DNA from: Macrostomum lignano
Taxonomy: Eukaryota
Direction of reading: 5' to 3'
NCBI GenBank assembly: GCA_002269645.1
Contig: NIVC01003014.1
Location: forward strand, 61,392-125,391
DNA: 64,000 nucleotides
Position 1 is the first letter of the stretch; each line of letters starts with the position of its first letter. Both the position numbers and the translations under genes were made by a program. The notes below the pieces were generated by a model. That model saw nothing but the letters and a program-made list of their open reading frames with translations. It searched no databases and was not told the origin of the DNA. Below, one piece after another: positions 1-12,191 of this stretch.

Positions 1-302
1 CAAAACTTTCTATCTTTTCTAAAAGTTCAGAGGCAATGCGAGTTCTTGGACAGTTAAAAAACAAAAGCCTCTAAAAGCCTTGTCAATTTCCTTCTCTGCT
101 CGGCACGGAAAAAATGATCTGCGATTGTTTTGTTCTGCTTTGAAAATTTAAGGAATGCATTCGTAGAAAAATATTTTAACAGTACTCAAAAGGATGGGAG
201 GAATCCTTTCTATAACTGTAGTCGCAAAATTATAAAGAATTTCAGTATAATGACCAATGAATTTAGTGTTTAGTGGGAGAGGACAGTCGATAGTAAAAGA
301 GC

Positions 303-935
303 GAGAGGAAAATCGATAAAACAGCAAGAGAGGAAATCGATAATAAAACAGCGAGAGAGGAAAATCGATAATAAAACAGCAAGAGAGGAAAATCGATAAA
401 ACAGCAAGAGAGGAGAGTCGATAATAAAAAAGCAAGAGAGGAAATCGATAATAAAACAGCAAGAGAGGAAATCGATAATAAAACAGCAAGAGAGGAAATT
501 CGATAATAAAACAGCAAGAGAGGAAAATCGATAAAACAGCAAGAGAGGAAATCGATAATAAAACAGCAAGAGAGGAAATCGATAATAAAACAGCAAGAGA
601 GGAAATTCGATAATAAAACAGCAAGAGAGGAAAATCGATAAAACAGCAAGAGAGGAAATCGATAATAAAACAGCAAGAGAGGAAAATCGATAAAACAGCA
701 AGAGAGGAAATCGATAATAAAACAGCAAGAGAGGAAATCGATAATAAAACAGCAAGAGAGGAAATCGATAATAAAACAGCAAGAGAGGAAATCGATAATA
801 AAACAGCAAGAGAGGAAAATCGATAATAAAACAACAAGACGGGAAATCGATAATAAAACAACAAGACGGGAAATCGATAATAAAACAACAAGACGGGAAA
901 TCGATAATAAAACAGAGAGAGAAGAAAATCGATAA
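303..935. repeat. Minisatellite, ~24-28 bp unit (AAATCGATAATAAAACAGCAAGAGAGG), >20 copies
   Basis: Directly visible tandem units with small indels; explains the three low-complexity ORFs at 148-967. Confidence 0.95.
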
Positions 936-1078
936 TGCAAGTATATCAGATCTAGGCAACTTAACACAAACTCAGAAACTTTTACACTGTATAATTCTGA
1001 ACCAGTTGGCTCTATAAAATACTAAGTTAATTGGTGCCTCAAAATAGGTGAGGCGTTCAACTCATCTGCAGTGGCAGC

Positions 1079-1846
1079 TCAGTGGAATGGCGACAAGCAC
1101 TCGCACAGCATGCCACGAGCATTGCCTGCGGCAGGATCAAAGTCCCCGATTCCGGTGCCCCACTTGCCGGCCACATTCTCAATATGGGGCATGTTGTTTC
1201 CAGGCTCTCCGGCAGTCCACTGGGAGGCATTGATGGCGATGCCGCAGGGCTGCCAGCTCCAGCCTCCGGCCGGTTCCACACTGCCAGGCGCCTGAACTCC
1301 GCCAAGGAACATGTCTCCTATGCCGGCCATGTACGTGTTGTACAGCTGCAGCATGTGCAGCTTCTCAGCCTCACTGGTCACGTCCGACATCATCACCAGG
1401 CCGCCATCCGTCTCGCATTTCTCTTTGCCTTGGTTCCACGTTATTGTGTCTGGCCATAGGACGTTGTGCACCTTGTACTTCACTCCGCACAGGTCGTCTC
1501 CGTAGCCAGACGGACACAGCGCGCCCGCCTCGAGTCCCGGCTGCTGCTTCACAAACACGCGGCCTCTCCTGGAGCAGCCGCAGTCCCTCACCGACTTGCT
1601 GCACCTGTCGAACACGAACAGCTGGCACGGACCGTCAGCCAGGCTGAACGCCTGACAGCGCAGCCTGCGGCCGCACTGAGCAGCGCAAGTGGTGGCAGTC
1701 TTGGCACCTGGAGCAGTTTCAATAAACTCACTGTTGATGCACAGAAAGCCCTCGATCCGATGGAATTCGTCCTTGGTAAACCCGTGCCGCGAAGGAACGA
1801 TTGCAGCCAGCACAATAAGCAGTTTTGAAAATTTTATCCAAAGCAT
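1079..1846 (-). CDS. Secreted PAN/Apple-domain + C-type lectin-like domain protein, single exon, 255 aa
   Basis: ATG at 1846 (the track start at 1891 is non-ATG), TGA at 1079. Hydrophobic signal peptide MLWIKFSKLLIVLAAIV; PAN-type Cys spacing (C...CAAQC...C.AF...CQL); CTLD hallmarks CPSGY...TWNQGKEKC...FLGG...WSW...W.AGEPGN...MLCE. Confidence 0.8.
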   Translation of the reverse strand: MLWIKFSKLLIVLAAIVPSRHGFTKDEFHRIEGFLCINSEFIETAPGAKTATTCAAQCGRRLRCQAFSLADGPCQLFVFDRCSKSVRDCGCSRRGRVFVKQQPGLEAGALCPSGYGDDLCGVKYKVHNVLWPDTITWNQGKEKCETDGGLVMMSDVTSEAEKLHMLQLYNTYMAGIGDMFLGGVQAPGSVEPAGGWSWQPCGIAINASQWTAGEPGNNMPHIENVAGKWGTGIGDFDPAAGNARGMLCECLSPFH

Positions 1847-2264
1847 GTCGCCTTCACGGAACTGCACTGCAGCAAGCGATTTTTGTCTCAATAATTTCAG
1901 CGGCGATTAAATCCGAGAGCGGCTTCTCGCTTTCGCTTTTACCTTCCAATGATATTTCTGCTCTGTTGTAGCTGCGTTGCTATGCAGCGCGAGACGCAGT
2001 GCGCAATTTTCATTTCAGTTCCCTTCCATTATCGCACTTTTTTAGTTGATTCAAATTGAAAGGATCAATTACGTCGTAGCTTTTCATTTTACTTAAGAGA
2101 GTTTATATGGCAGTTCGCGTTATGGCTTTTTGCATTTGTTGAACATTTATAGATTGATCTGAATTTTGATTTTCAGTTAAGTGCTAGATTAGATTGAAGA
2201 GAACTTTACGAAGCAGAACTAGCAGGTGCTACGTAAGCGCAATTTATCTAAAAGGGATTTGCGA

Positions 2265-2656
2265 ATCGGTACTCGTCTATCGGTACTCATCTATCGGTAC
2301 TCATCTATCGGTACTCATCTATCAGTACTCATCTATCGGTACTCATCTATCGGTACTCATCTATCGGTACTCATCTATCGGTACTCATCTATCGGTACTC
2401 ATCTATCGGTACTCATCTATCAGTACTCATCTATCGGTACTCATCTATCGGTACTCATCTATCGGTACTCATCTATCGGTACTCATCTATCGGTACTCAT
2501 CTATCGGTACTCATCTATCGTACTCATCTATCGGTACTCATCTATCGGTACTCATCTATCGGTACTCATCTATCGTACTCATCTATCGGTACTCATCTAT
2601 CGGTACTCATCTATCGGTACTCATCGGTACTGAGTAGGCGGAATCGGTACTCATCT
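2265..2656. repeat. 14-bp minisatellite (ATCGGTACTCATCT), ~27 copies
   Basis: Directly visible; a few 13-bp variant units. Confidence 0.95.
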
Positions 2657-2688
2657 AAACAACCGACATGGTAAATTGACAGTTAGAA

Positions 2689-3472
2689 CTAGGGAATGCA
2701 ATCCCCGGATCACAGTAGTCCGGGGATTCGAAAATCCCGGGATCGACCATCGGAATCCCGATCCCGCTTTGCAATAATTCAATCATTCATTCATGAGTGG
2801 TAGTATCTGCAGCTGAGCTACTTGCCAGCTAAAAATCATAACCCAGTTGTCCTACTTTTATTTCTTAATCTTTTAGGCATGCAGGCTAGTGAGTAGAAGG
2901 CTATAGGGCTGCAGGGATACAAAGCAAGAAGCTGTTAGTTGGTCGTAAGAATATTTAAGGTGTTACATTGTAATAATGTAGAACTACTTTAAGCAGTCCC
3001 TACCTTCAAAACTCCTTGGCCGTAGTTGGGATTAGAACAGTGGGACCTTGCTATCGGACCACAACCCAAGCTACCACCAATTCTCCATCTAGGGGGATGC
3101 CCCTGGGAGGGTGAGGTCTGATCCCATTCTACCCTGGCATCAGTTCCTCATCAGAGCCATAGCTCTCTGTAAGCTATCATTCCCCAGGTTACATCACAAT
3201 CAAGTGTGATTTTCCTGAGCCGATACTGGCAGGTAAAAAATCACGTCTATTACGCCAGCCCGTACATCACACTCCAATTCAAAATAGTTTATTCTGTTCT
3301 ACTTTATTATTATTGAAAGCCCTTTAAAATCAGGTTAGATGGCTTCGTAAACCAAAATTGCACCAACAAAAATTAGAAATTTTTGGTCCAATTTGTCGGG
3401 ATCCCGGGATTGGCAAAGTCTGGGATATTCCGATCCCGAGAATCCCGGGATAGGCAATTTTGGGATCCCCTT
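2689..3472. mobile_element. Possible decayed non-autonomous DNA transposon with GGGATCCCGGGATT-rich ends
   Basis: Clusters of ATCCCG/CGGGAT motifs at 2689-2770 and 3395-3472, partly inverted relative to each other; no clean TIR or TSD found. Confidence 0.25.
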
Positions 3473-4568
3473 GTAAGAACGCAGTTTTCATCAAGATGCC
3501 ATAGACTATATTGAACAGGTCAAAAAGTCGAAAGCTTACTCGTAGATTAGGTCAAAGCTAATGATCTTGGACAGGTCACCTGATCAAACTTTTCGGCTTC
3601 TGTTCTTCTGTGCTACGAACTTATGTAGAGGATCTTTATCGAGAACGTCGTCAATTTTTCAATGTGTCCAACTGAGCCAGATCGTCGAGGTCACATGCCT
3701 AATAGGGTGTGTTTAATCGCAAAGTCACATGACTTTTTTCCGCGCTAAAAATAGAAACAGGTGATGAGTCATGCTTATTCCCTCTATGCAGAAGTACACA
3801 CTCAGAGCGCGGAAAAGCTTGTGATGAGTCATCGCGTGAACTCTCCCCCGTTTATCCAAAAACACTCAATCTTAGCACAGGGAAGTCTCTGTTCTCTCCC
3901 AATCCAAGCTAGCTGGGACAAAGACTTCATGCAGGAAACAATTGACAAAGTCTTCGTATAACAGTACTTCACAAGATAGACTAAATTACATTTTTATACT
4001 AGTTGTATATAATAGTCATACCATGGTAGATTTCGCATACTTTTAGCTTCTTGTTTGGGCAACCCAGACTTATTTTAATTAAGTCGCAATAAAAGCTGGT
4101 CAACGCATTCACAAGTAAACTTGGCCATTTATAGAGGTTTGTGAAATACGCGGAACCGTTTAAGTGTTTCTCAAGTATTCTGGCTCTCCACAGACTCTGG
4201 AATACAATGAGGGTTAACTACTTTTCAAGGACTGAACTTTTACTTTTAATTTTTTCACTTTCTTATTATAATTATTATAAAACGCGTTATTCTTATCTGG
4301 AGTTGAGATAACCCCCAAACTTAAAAACCGACTTGACTAGGCTAGAAATCATGTACAAACAGGTGATTTAGATACAAATAAATACAAAAAATAAATACAA
4401 ATTCGAATACGTTCATGCATATGTTCATTGATGATCAAGCGTACAATATAGGTAAAAAATTTCTTATTAGACCAGCTATAGCAGTATAAATAAAGGAGCA
4501 TGATTTCTGTGAGCACATATGCACATTGAACTGTAGCTGGGGCGTTTTTGACGACATGTGAGTGTCGC

Positions 4569-4817
4569 CACGACACTCAGCCACTCTCAGGCACTCAGCC
4601 ACCTACGACACTCAGCCATACTCAGACACTCAGCCACTCTCAGGCACTCAGCCACCTACGACGCTCAGCCACACTCAGACACTCAGCCACTCTCAGGCAC
4701 TCAGCCACCTACGACACTCAGCCATACTCAGACACCCAGCCATGACACTCAGCCACATCCAGACACTCAGCCACGTCCACTCGGTCACACTCAGACACTC
4801 AGCCACGACACTCAGCC
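4569..4817. repeat. Composite minisatellite built on GACACTCAGCCA subunits
   Basis: Directly visible; explains ORFs 4548-4858. Confidence 0.9.
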
Positions 4818-5346
4818 CTCGGTGTTTGCGGTGTGGACTCGATCTGCCTAATCCATAATTTAAGAAATTTTTTATTATTAATATTCTACAATAAAAAACT
4901 GACTATATATTTATATAGCTTTTTTCCGTAGCACATATACGTATTCAAATAAGAGCTGCTAAGCGGCTTACTGTCAATATTTACCCCCAATCGGCACTAT
5001 GATGCCTCGCAGCTGTGCACGACTTGACAGATTCCGAATTCTGATACCAGTTTGATCTCATCTCATTTTCTCTTTCTCTGCATAGCGTCTGAAAGCTGGC
5101 GCCCCGGCTGCTCTACTATTTATTAATAATTGTTTACTTGCTCAAAGTAGGGAGCAAAATCACGGGATTGGAATCATTGGCCAGCAACCAGTTAGGACAG
5201 TCACTCAGGTCACTCAGTCACAGCCACAGATCACAGGAAGAATGGGCCAGAGCACAAGGGAAGAACTACAAAGAGCTCAAAATGTTTGCTACCGTTTCAC
5301 TTCCACTTTAGCAGCTAGTCATGACAAAGATCACTAGGCGTTAAGG

Positions 5347-6101
5347 CCTACGGGAACCTACGGGAACCTACGGGAACCTACGGGAACCTACGGGAACCTA
5401 CGAGAACCTACGGGAACCTACGGGAACCTACGGGAACCTACGGGAACCTACGGGAACCTACGGGAACCTACGGGAACCTACGGGAACCTACGGGAACCTA
5501 CGGGAACCTACGGGAACCTACGGGAACCTACGGGAACCTACGGGAACCTACGGGAACCTACGGGAACCTACGGGAACCTACGGGAACCTACGGGAACCTA
5601 CGGGAACCTACGGGAACCTACGGGAACCTACGGGAACCTACGGGAACCTACGGGAACCTACGGGAACCTACGGGAACCTACGGGAACCTACGGGAACCTA
5701 CGGGAACCTACGGGAACCTACGGGAACCTACGGGAACCTACGGGAACCTACGGGAACCTACGGGAACCTACGGGAACCTACGGGAACCTACGGGAACCTA
5801 CGGGAACCTACGGGAACCTACGGGAACCTACGGGAACCTACGGGAACCTACGGGAACCTACGGGAACCTACGGGAACCTACGGGAACCTACGGGAACCTA
5901 CGGGAACCTACGGGAACCTACGGGAACCTACGGGAACCTACGGGAACCTACGGGAACCTACGGGAACCTACGGGAACCTACGGGAACCTACGGGAACCTA
6001 CGGGAACCTACGGGAACCTACGGGAACCTACGGGAACCTACGGGAACCTACGGGAACCTACGGGAACCTACGGGAACCTACGGGAACCTACGTGAACCTA
6101 C
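5347..6101. repeat. Nearly perfect 10-bp tandem repeat (CCTACGGGAA), ~75 copies
   Basis: Directly visible; only two variant units noticed (cgagaa near 5402, cgtgaa near 6092). Confidence 0.98.
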
Positions 6102-7541
6102 AGGATTTGGAATGTCTAGCTCAGAGTCTCGAGAAGGATGGATCAGCCGTAGAAATACTTTTATAATTTTAGTTGACAAAAAGTCCCACCTCTGATGGTG
6201 GTTCGACAAAACCCAGCCAGCCGGTCAGTCAGCCAACTAAGACTTTTAATAAACTTGTGAAGTGCCTCCACTGGCCCTTTAGCCTTCTTAGCTTCAGAAG
6301 TGGCCCCTTGCACGGTTGCCAAGAAAGTGAATAAGAGCGTCGCCCGATGAGGTCGCGAGGGTCCCAGCAGCAAAAATGAGATAAAAGATGAAGGAAAAAG
6401 CGTGTGTGTGTGTGACTATGAATTGAGTCAATGCGCGATTTCTTGAGTGCCGGCCCTGCCGGATCAATCTAATAAATAAAGCATATTTAGGCACAACAGA
6501 CTGACGAGGGGGTAAGGTCCTATAATATGGGAGAGGCTGGAGTAGCTCGCACGGAGTCAAGCACTCCACAATTAATCATATCATGGTAGTTTGGTCTGAG
6601 GATTGGGGTGCGGCAGTGGAGAAAAGAGTTCATGGAAGAATTTGACAGGATCGAGTTGTTTTTGTGTGCACACTGTGGGGAAGAGAAACTCGCACAGCCT
6701 AGCGGTGTTGCATCCGTGGTGCACTTGATAACTCCTTCGCGTATCTTGAAATTGCATTTTTCTTTGCGCTTTTTATTGCTGGCAAAATTTCGTGATTGAA
6801 GTTTTCAAAATTGGAAAGATATCTTTACAAAAACAGATGATTTGATGAGAAAGAAACATAACCTCAATTCCTTAGATCTGTCACGATCACGGCTCACTAA
6901 TGGGAGCCAAAATCAAGCGAATCTGCTTTAAAAAGCATTGCTTATCTTTTTTACCTTTGAAAGACGGTCCCTGTCAATTAGTGCCTGCTATGCAGCTTCT
7001 TCTCTAATTTCCAATCAGGAGAAGCAAAAGACACAGCGCGATAGAATCAAACGACTAAGAAATGGACTTTGACTACGGATAGCTTTAATCGAACTTTTCC
7101 GTTCATATATGCTGCTATAGGTTAGGATGCGAACTTCAATGTCCTTAGCGACTGGGGCTTGGTAAATCCCTTGCTTGAAGCTGTTGCATGCGCAAAACAT
7201 GGGGCTTAGGCATCGATCGGTCAGAGAAAACCGCAGTTGCAGCTGGGCTGCTGACATCCGGGGCCGAACAGATGCCTATAGAGAGCGAAATCAGCATTGA
7301 ATATTGAATGCTGTTAGACGTTCACATGAGCTCTTCCTTGTAGTTCTCGATGACAACAGGCAAGTCAAAGCTACGTAGGTGCACGAGCAGCAAATGGGAT
7401 AACAACCCATGAGGACCAACCCCCAAGACATGAAAGCGTCCTTGTGTTGTGTTCATTACATTCCAATTTTGATATCAAACAGAAGACTGAATTGTCAATT
7501 GAATTTTGCGCCATTTCCATTTCCATCTTAGCATCGTCGTT

Positions 7542-7547
7542 TTTATT
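7542..7547 (-). terminator. Candidate polyadenylation signal (AATAAA) of the neuropeptide gene
   Basis: First canonical AATAAA noticed on the minus strand, ~310 nt after the TAA at 7855. Confidence 0.4.
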
Positions 7548-7854
7548 TATAATTTTGCTCGGGACTTGATGCAACTGCAGAAGCAAACGAGGGACTTACA
7601 GATGTGGAATCCTGACATTACTTTATAGTTTGCAACACAGATCGAGTTATTGGAAAATAAGTTTCGGCTATGTCAGAGAATCGAGCGCCTAATATCAGTT
7701 GCTCTGCCTTGCTTCTGTCTGCATGCTGACTACAGGAAGTTTTCATTCATATAGGTATTATTATTTCAAGTTGCTGGGCATGCAATTTTTAACGATGACT
7801 GTAGAGCCACCTGATCTTCGCACGATTCTTGTTGGTAAGTCATCCATCCGTCCT

Positions 7855-8884
7855 TTACCGTCCCCACGGTACGACTCCGTAAGCGCGCTTGCCCCACGGT
7901 ACGACTCCGTAAGCGCGCTTGCCCCACGGTACGACTCCGTAAGCGCGTTTGCCCCACGGTACGACTCCGTAAGCGCGTTTGCCCCACGGTACGACTCCGT
8001 AAGCGCGCTTGCCCCACGGTACGACTCCGTAAGCGCGTTTGCCCCACGGTACGGCTCCGTAAGCGCGTTTGCCCCACGGTACGACTCCGTAAGCGCGTTT
8101 TTCGACGACATCATCTTCGTCAATATCGATGGAGCTGCTGTGCGGAGCAGCTAGAGCGCAGGTTGCGCAGGCGACGGCAAGGATCAGCGCCAGCAGGGTG
8201 GCTTCGTGATTTCGAACCTGTAGAAAAAAAAGAATTTCGACCTCTTTAGAAATCAGCAAGTTGCTATTCGCTCCTAAGCTGGCTTCCTTTTCACAAAATT
8301 GACAATTAGTAGAAATTCCGGCAACCCAAGGGCGAACAAAAAGTAAAAAAAGAGCCATCCTGCTCTGCAAAGGAAATTCAACTTGCCTAGCCAATTCCTG
8401 CTCATTTTCCTCTTTAGGTTTCTATTAGCAAAAGTGGCGCCGCTGGGGCATGGTCCAGCCGTACTCCATCACGTCTCGAGCATTAAGTTTCTAACAGAGC
8501 CTCAACCGCACATGCGCAGAACAGCTATTGCCGAAATTAGTTAAAAGAAGAAAAAATTAAGAGTTGGGAATCAAATCTCCGGGCGTGCCTCTTTCGCTTT
8601 CTAGGAAACTCTGATTTTAAATTCCTTCAAGCTTGGAGGCTGCCGTCGCCTCTTTCGCTTTCTAGGAAACTCTGATTTCAAATTCCTTCAAGCTTGGAGG
8701 CTGCCGTCGTGCTTCAGCTCTAAATCTTATCTGTTTTTAGAGTCATCATGCAGCCGCTCAAATAGGCATTCTGTTGTTACTTTCTTCTGAGATTAAACTT
8801 ATCCAACTTAAGCAAGGTAACAGCAGATGATAAAAGCGGAACTTTTTCTCTGTGAGAAGAGATGAAACTTGAGCAACTTACCAT
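7855..8884 (-). CDS. Neuropeptide precursor (PWamide type): signal peptide, acidic spacer, 7x AYGVVPWG + 1x AYGAVPWG separated by KR; model ATG(8882-8884) + exon 8217-7855
   Basis: Eight 30-bp units at 7861-8100 encode AYG(V/A)VPW-G-KR (amidation Gly + dibasic site), ending G-R-stop. Hydrophobic LLALILAVACATCALA signal peptide. Acceptor ttttttttctacag before 8217. Upstream AAA-ATG|GTAAG gives an in-phase Met: MVRNHEATLLAL... Confidence 0.88.
8587..8708. repeat. 61-bp direct tandem duplication inside the neuropeptide intron
   Basis: GCCTCTTTCGCTTTCTAGG...GGCTGCCGTC at 8587 and 8648, one mismatch. Confidence 0.9.
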
Positions 8885-8982
8885 TTGTCCTGTTTGTTTA
8901 GTCAATTGGTGATTTTTTTAACTGTGGCTGCGCGCACTACAAGGAGTGGAGGAACTTCTTCGACGGCAGCTGGGCCAGCCTC

Positions 8983-9089
8983 TTATAAGCGTCATCGCGA
9001 CAGCTTCTTTGACTGGACAAATCATTTCTCTCTCTCTCTCAACCAGTCTCAGAAAGCCGCTCGCCAAGGAAGGCCCTGCTCACCATTGG
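8983..9089 (-). promoter_or_regulatory. Candidate proximal promoter of the neuropeptide gene (CCAAT ~9085-9089, half-CRE TGACG ~8990-8994, TATAA ~8984-8988)
   Basis: Minus strand reads gccaatg ... tgacgcTTATAAGA about 100 nt upstream of the ATG at 8884; motif match only. Confidence 0.4.
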
Positions 9090-9256
9090 CTGCTGCAAAG
9101 AGCCATAGGGAGAGAGACTTTGATGCAGAAACTGAGCTTCAGCAAAAACTATGTTGCAAATTCAATAACATATTTGGTTGAGTCAACTTTTTACAAAGCT
9201 TTTATTATTTACGTAAAACTTACAAGGCTCAATAAAATTCAAGGGGAAATGAGGGA

Positions 9257-10250
9257 AGACAGAGGGATAGATCAAGAAAGTGAGAGAGGTATAGATCAAG
9301 AGACAGAGGTATAGATCAAGAGACAGAGGTATAGATCAAGAGACAGAGGTATAGATCAAGAGACAGAGGTATAGATCAAGAGAGACAGAGGTATAGATCA
9401 AGAGACAGAGGTATAGATCAAGAGACAGAGGTATAGATCAAGAGAGACAGAGGTATAGATCAAGAGACAGAGGTATAGATCAAGAGACAGAGGTATAGAT
9501 CAAGAGAGACAGAGGTATAGATCAAGAGACAGAGGGATAGATCAAGAGACAGAGGGATGGATCAAGAGGGACAGAGGGATAGATCAAGAGGGAAAAGGGA
9601 TACATCAAGAGGGAAAAGGGATAGATCAAGAGGGAAAAGGGATACATCAAGAGGGAAAAGGGATACATCAAGAGGGAAAAGGGATACATCAAGAGGGAAA
9701 AGGGATAGATCAAGAGGGAAAAGGGATACATCAAGAGGGAAAAGGGATACATCAAGAGGGAAAAGGGATAGATCAAGAGGGAAAAGGGATACATCAAGAG
9801 GGAAAAGGGATACATCAAGAGGGAAAAGGGATACATCAAGAGAGACAGAGGTATAGATCAAGAGACAGAGGTATAGATCAAGAGACAGAGGTATAGATCA
9901 AGAGACAGAGGTATAGATCAAGAGAGACAGAGGTATAGATCAAGAGAGACAGAGGTATAGATCAAGAGACAGAGGTATAGATCAAGAGAGACAGAGGTAT
10001 AGATCAAGAGAGAAAAGGGATAGATCAAGAGGGAAAAGGGATAGATCAAAAGAGAAAAGGGATAAATCAAGAGAGAAAAGGGATAGATCAAGAGGGAAAA
10101 GGGATAGATCAAGAGGGAAAAGGGATAGATCAAGAGGGAAAAGGGATAGATCAAGAGGGAAAAGGGATAGATCAAGAGAGAAAAGGGATAGATCAAGAGA
10201 GAAAAGGGATAGATCAAGAGGGAAAAGGGATAGATCAAGAGAGAATAGGG
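9257..10250. repeat. Composite minisatellite: 20/22-bp GTATAGATCAAGAGA(GA)CAGAG blocks alternating with 21-bp GGATA(C/G)ATCAAGAGGGAAAAG blocks
   Basis: Directly visible A-B-A-B' block structure. Confidence 0.95.
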
Positions 10251-10359
10251 ACGGATAAAGAAGAAAAAAGGAATGTATCAAGAGAAATACAACAAAAGAT
10301 AAACCAGACCATGGAGAGATGAAGCAAGTGAGCAAGAAAGAGGAGCAGTCCTGACTTAC

Positions 10360-10523
10360 CCGGCTCTGCTGCAGGGCAGTACCGGGAGGTACAACAAAAA
10401 GGCGAGATAGCCTAAGCCGCCAATCCCTGATGACGAGCGAGAGGAGGAGTCAGTTGCAGCTTCAACTATGATTTCTCCCGGGAAAACACTCGGTGATTGG
10501 AGACTTAGAACTCAGAGTTGCAC
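10360..10523 (-). other. Candidate non-coding upstream exon (probably a distal 5'UTR exon of the neuropeptide gene)
   Basis: Acceptor ctttctctacttcttgcttgacag before 10523 and perfect donor G|GTAAGT after 10360; no ATG inside. Confidence 0.4.
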
Positions 10524-10736
10524 CTGTCAAGCAAGAAGTAGAGAAAGCAACTGGACTCCTTTTCTCATGCAGCTGATTTCCTTAAAATCTTATTAAGCTT
10601 TCTGTAAAGAGAAATTTTAACAATAACCTTTACTGCTGAAGACAAAATACAATAGTTTACTATTTAGCCTTGAGAACACTGTAGAGGAGAAAGAAGCTTT
10701 TAAAACGACGAGAAAGAGATGCTTCTATTATCCAGA

Positions 10737-11160
10737 TATTAGAGATCCCATTAAACAGATACTCGTAATTAATCTTGAATTAGAGATCCCATTATCCTGG
10801 AAATTAATCTCTAATTAGAGATCCCATTAACCAGGTGATTAATCCCTAATTAAAGATACCATTATGCTTGTGATTAATCCCTAATTAGAGATCCCATTAA
10901 CGAGGTAATTAATCCCAAATTAGAGATCCCATTATCCTGGTGATTAATCTCTAATTAGAGATCCCATTAACAAGGTAATTAATCCATTAATACGCGTAAA
11001 GATTTCCTTGTTTATGGAATAATCCATAATTAAAGACCCGTTATATAATTAATTGATCCCTAATTAGAAATTTCTAATTAGATCCCTAATTAGAAAGCAT
11101 TAATCGTTAACTAGAAATCCCATCATCCAGGTCATTAACTCATAATTAGAAATCTCATTA
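10737..11160. repeat. Degenerate ~37-38 bp AT-rich minisatellite (ATTAGAGATCCCATTA...TAATCCCTA)
   Basis: Recurrent TTAGAGATCCCATT and TTAATC motifs at roughly regular spacing. Confidence 0.75.
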
Positions 11161-11625
11161 TTTATCATTAATCACTTATACCATTGCATAGAAGAGCTAC
11201 AATTAAAATTAACCTGTTATTGTACTTCTCATGCTAGCCAAATAGTTGGTACATTCGTGCATGCCATGCCGTTCAAGTCTTTTAAATATCGGTTGTTAGG
11301 TTCAATTATAAATTGCATAAGCAGCGCTCAGCCCTCTGTTGTATTGCCGCTTTTAGGCTGAGCAAATAAGACTGCAACCGCTGGGGCTTCCCGCTGCAGA
11401 CAGATGCGCCTGCGATCAAAGCGAGTAGCTCTCCGAAAACTCGAGTTCGGTTTGGGGGGTGGAGAGGAGGAGGGATCGAATGATTAATGAATTTATAGCT
11501 GCTGCAACAGGGAGGGGGTCGCTGAGAACTGCGCCAGACATGAAATCTCTCCTCAATCTCTAAATAAAAAACAGTACGGATGAAGAACTACATCAGTCTG
11601 ATGCAGATAGCTGGATTGAAAGCAT

Positions 11626-12191
<566 letters not shown>

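Noticed and set aside
3500-3788. Second small P-like element (CATAGAC...CTCTATG ends)
   Set aside because: Only 5-6 bp of terminal match, no TSD and no second copy in the window
7020-7115. Possible isolated + strand exon (EKQKTQRDRIKRLRNGLL...)
   Set aside because: Acceptor- and donor-like sites are present, but there is no recognisable homology or partner exon
7574-7598. 25-nt GTAAGT...ttctgCAG mini-intron on the minus strand
   Set aside because: Very short, lies in the presumed 3'UTR, no supporting reading frame
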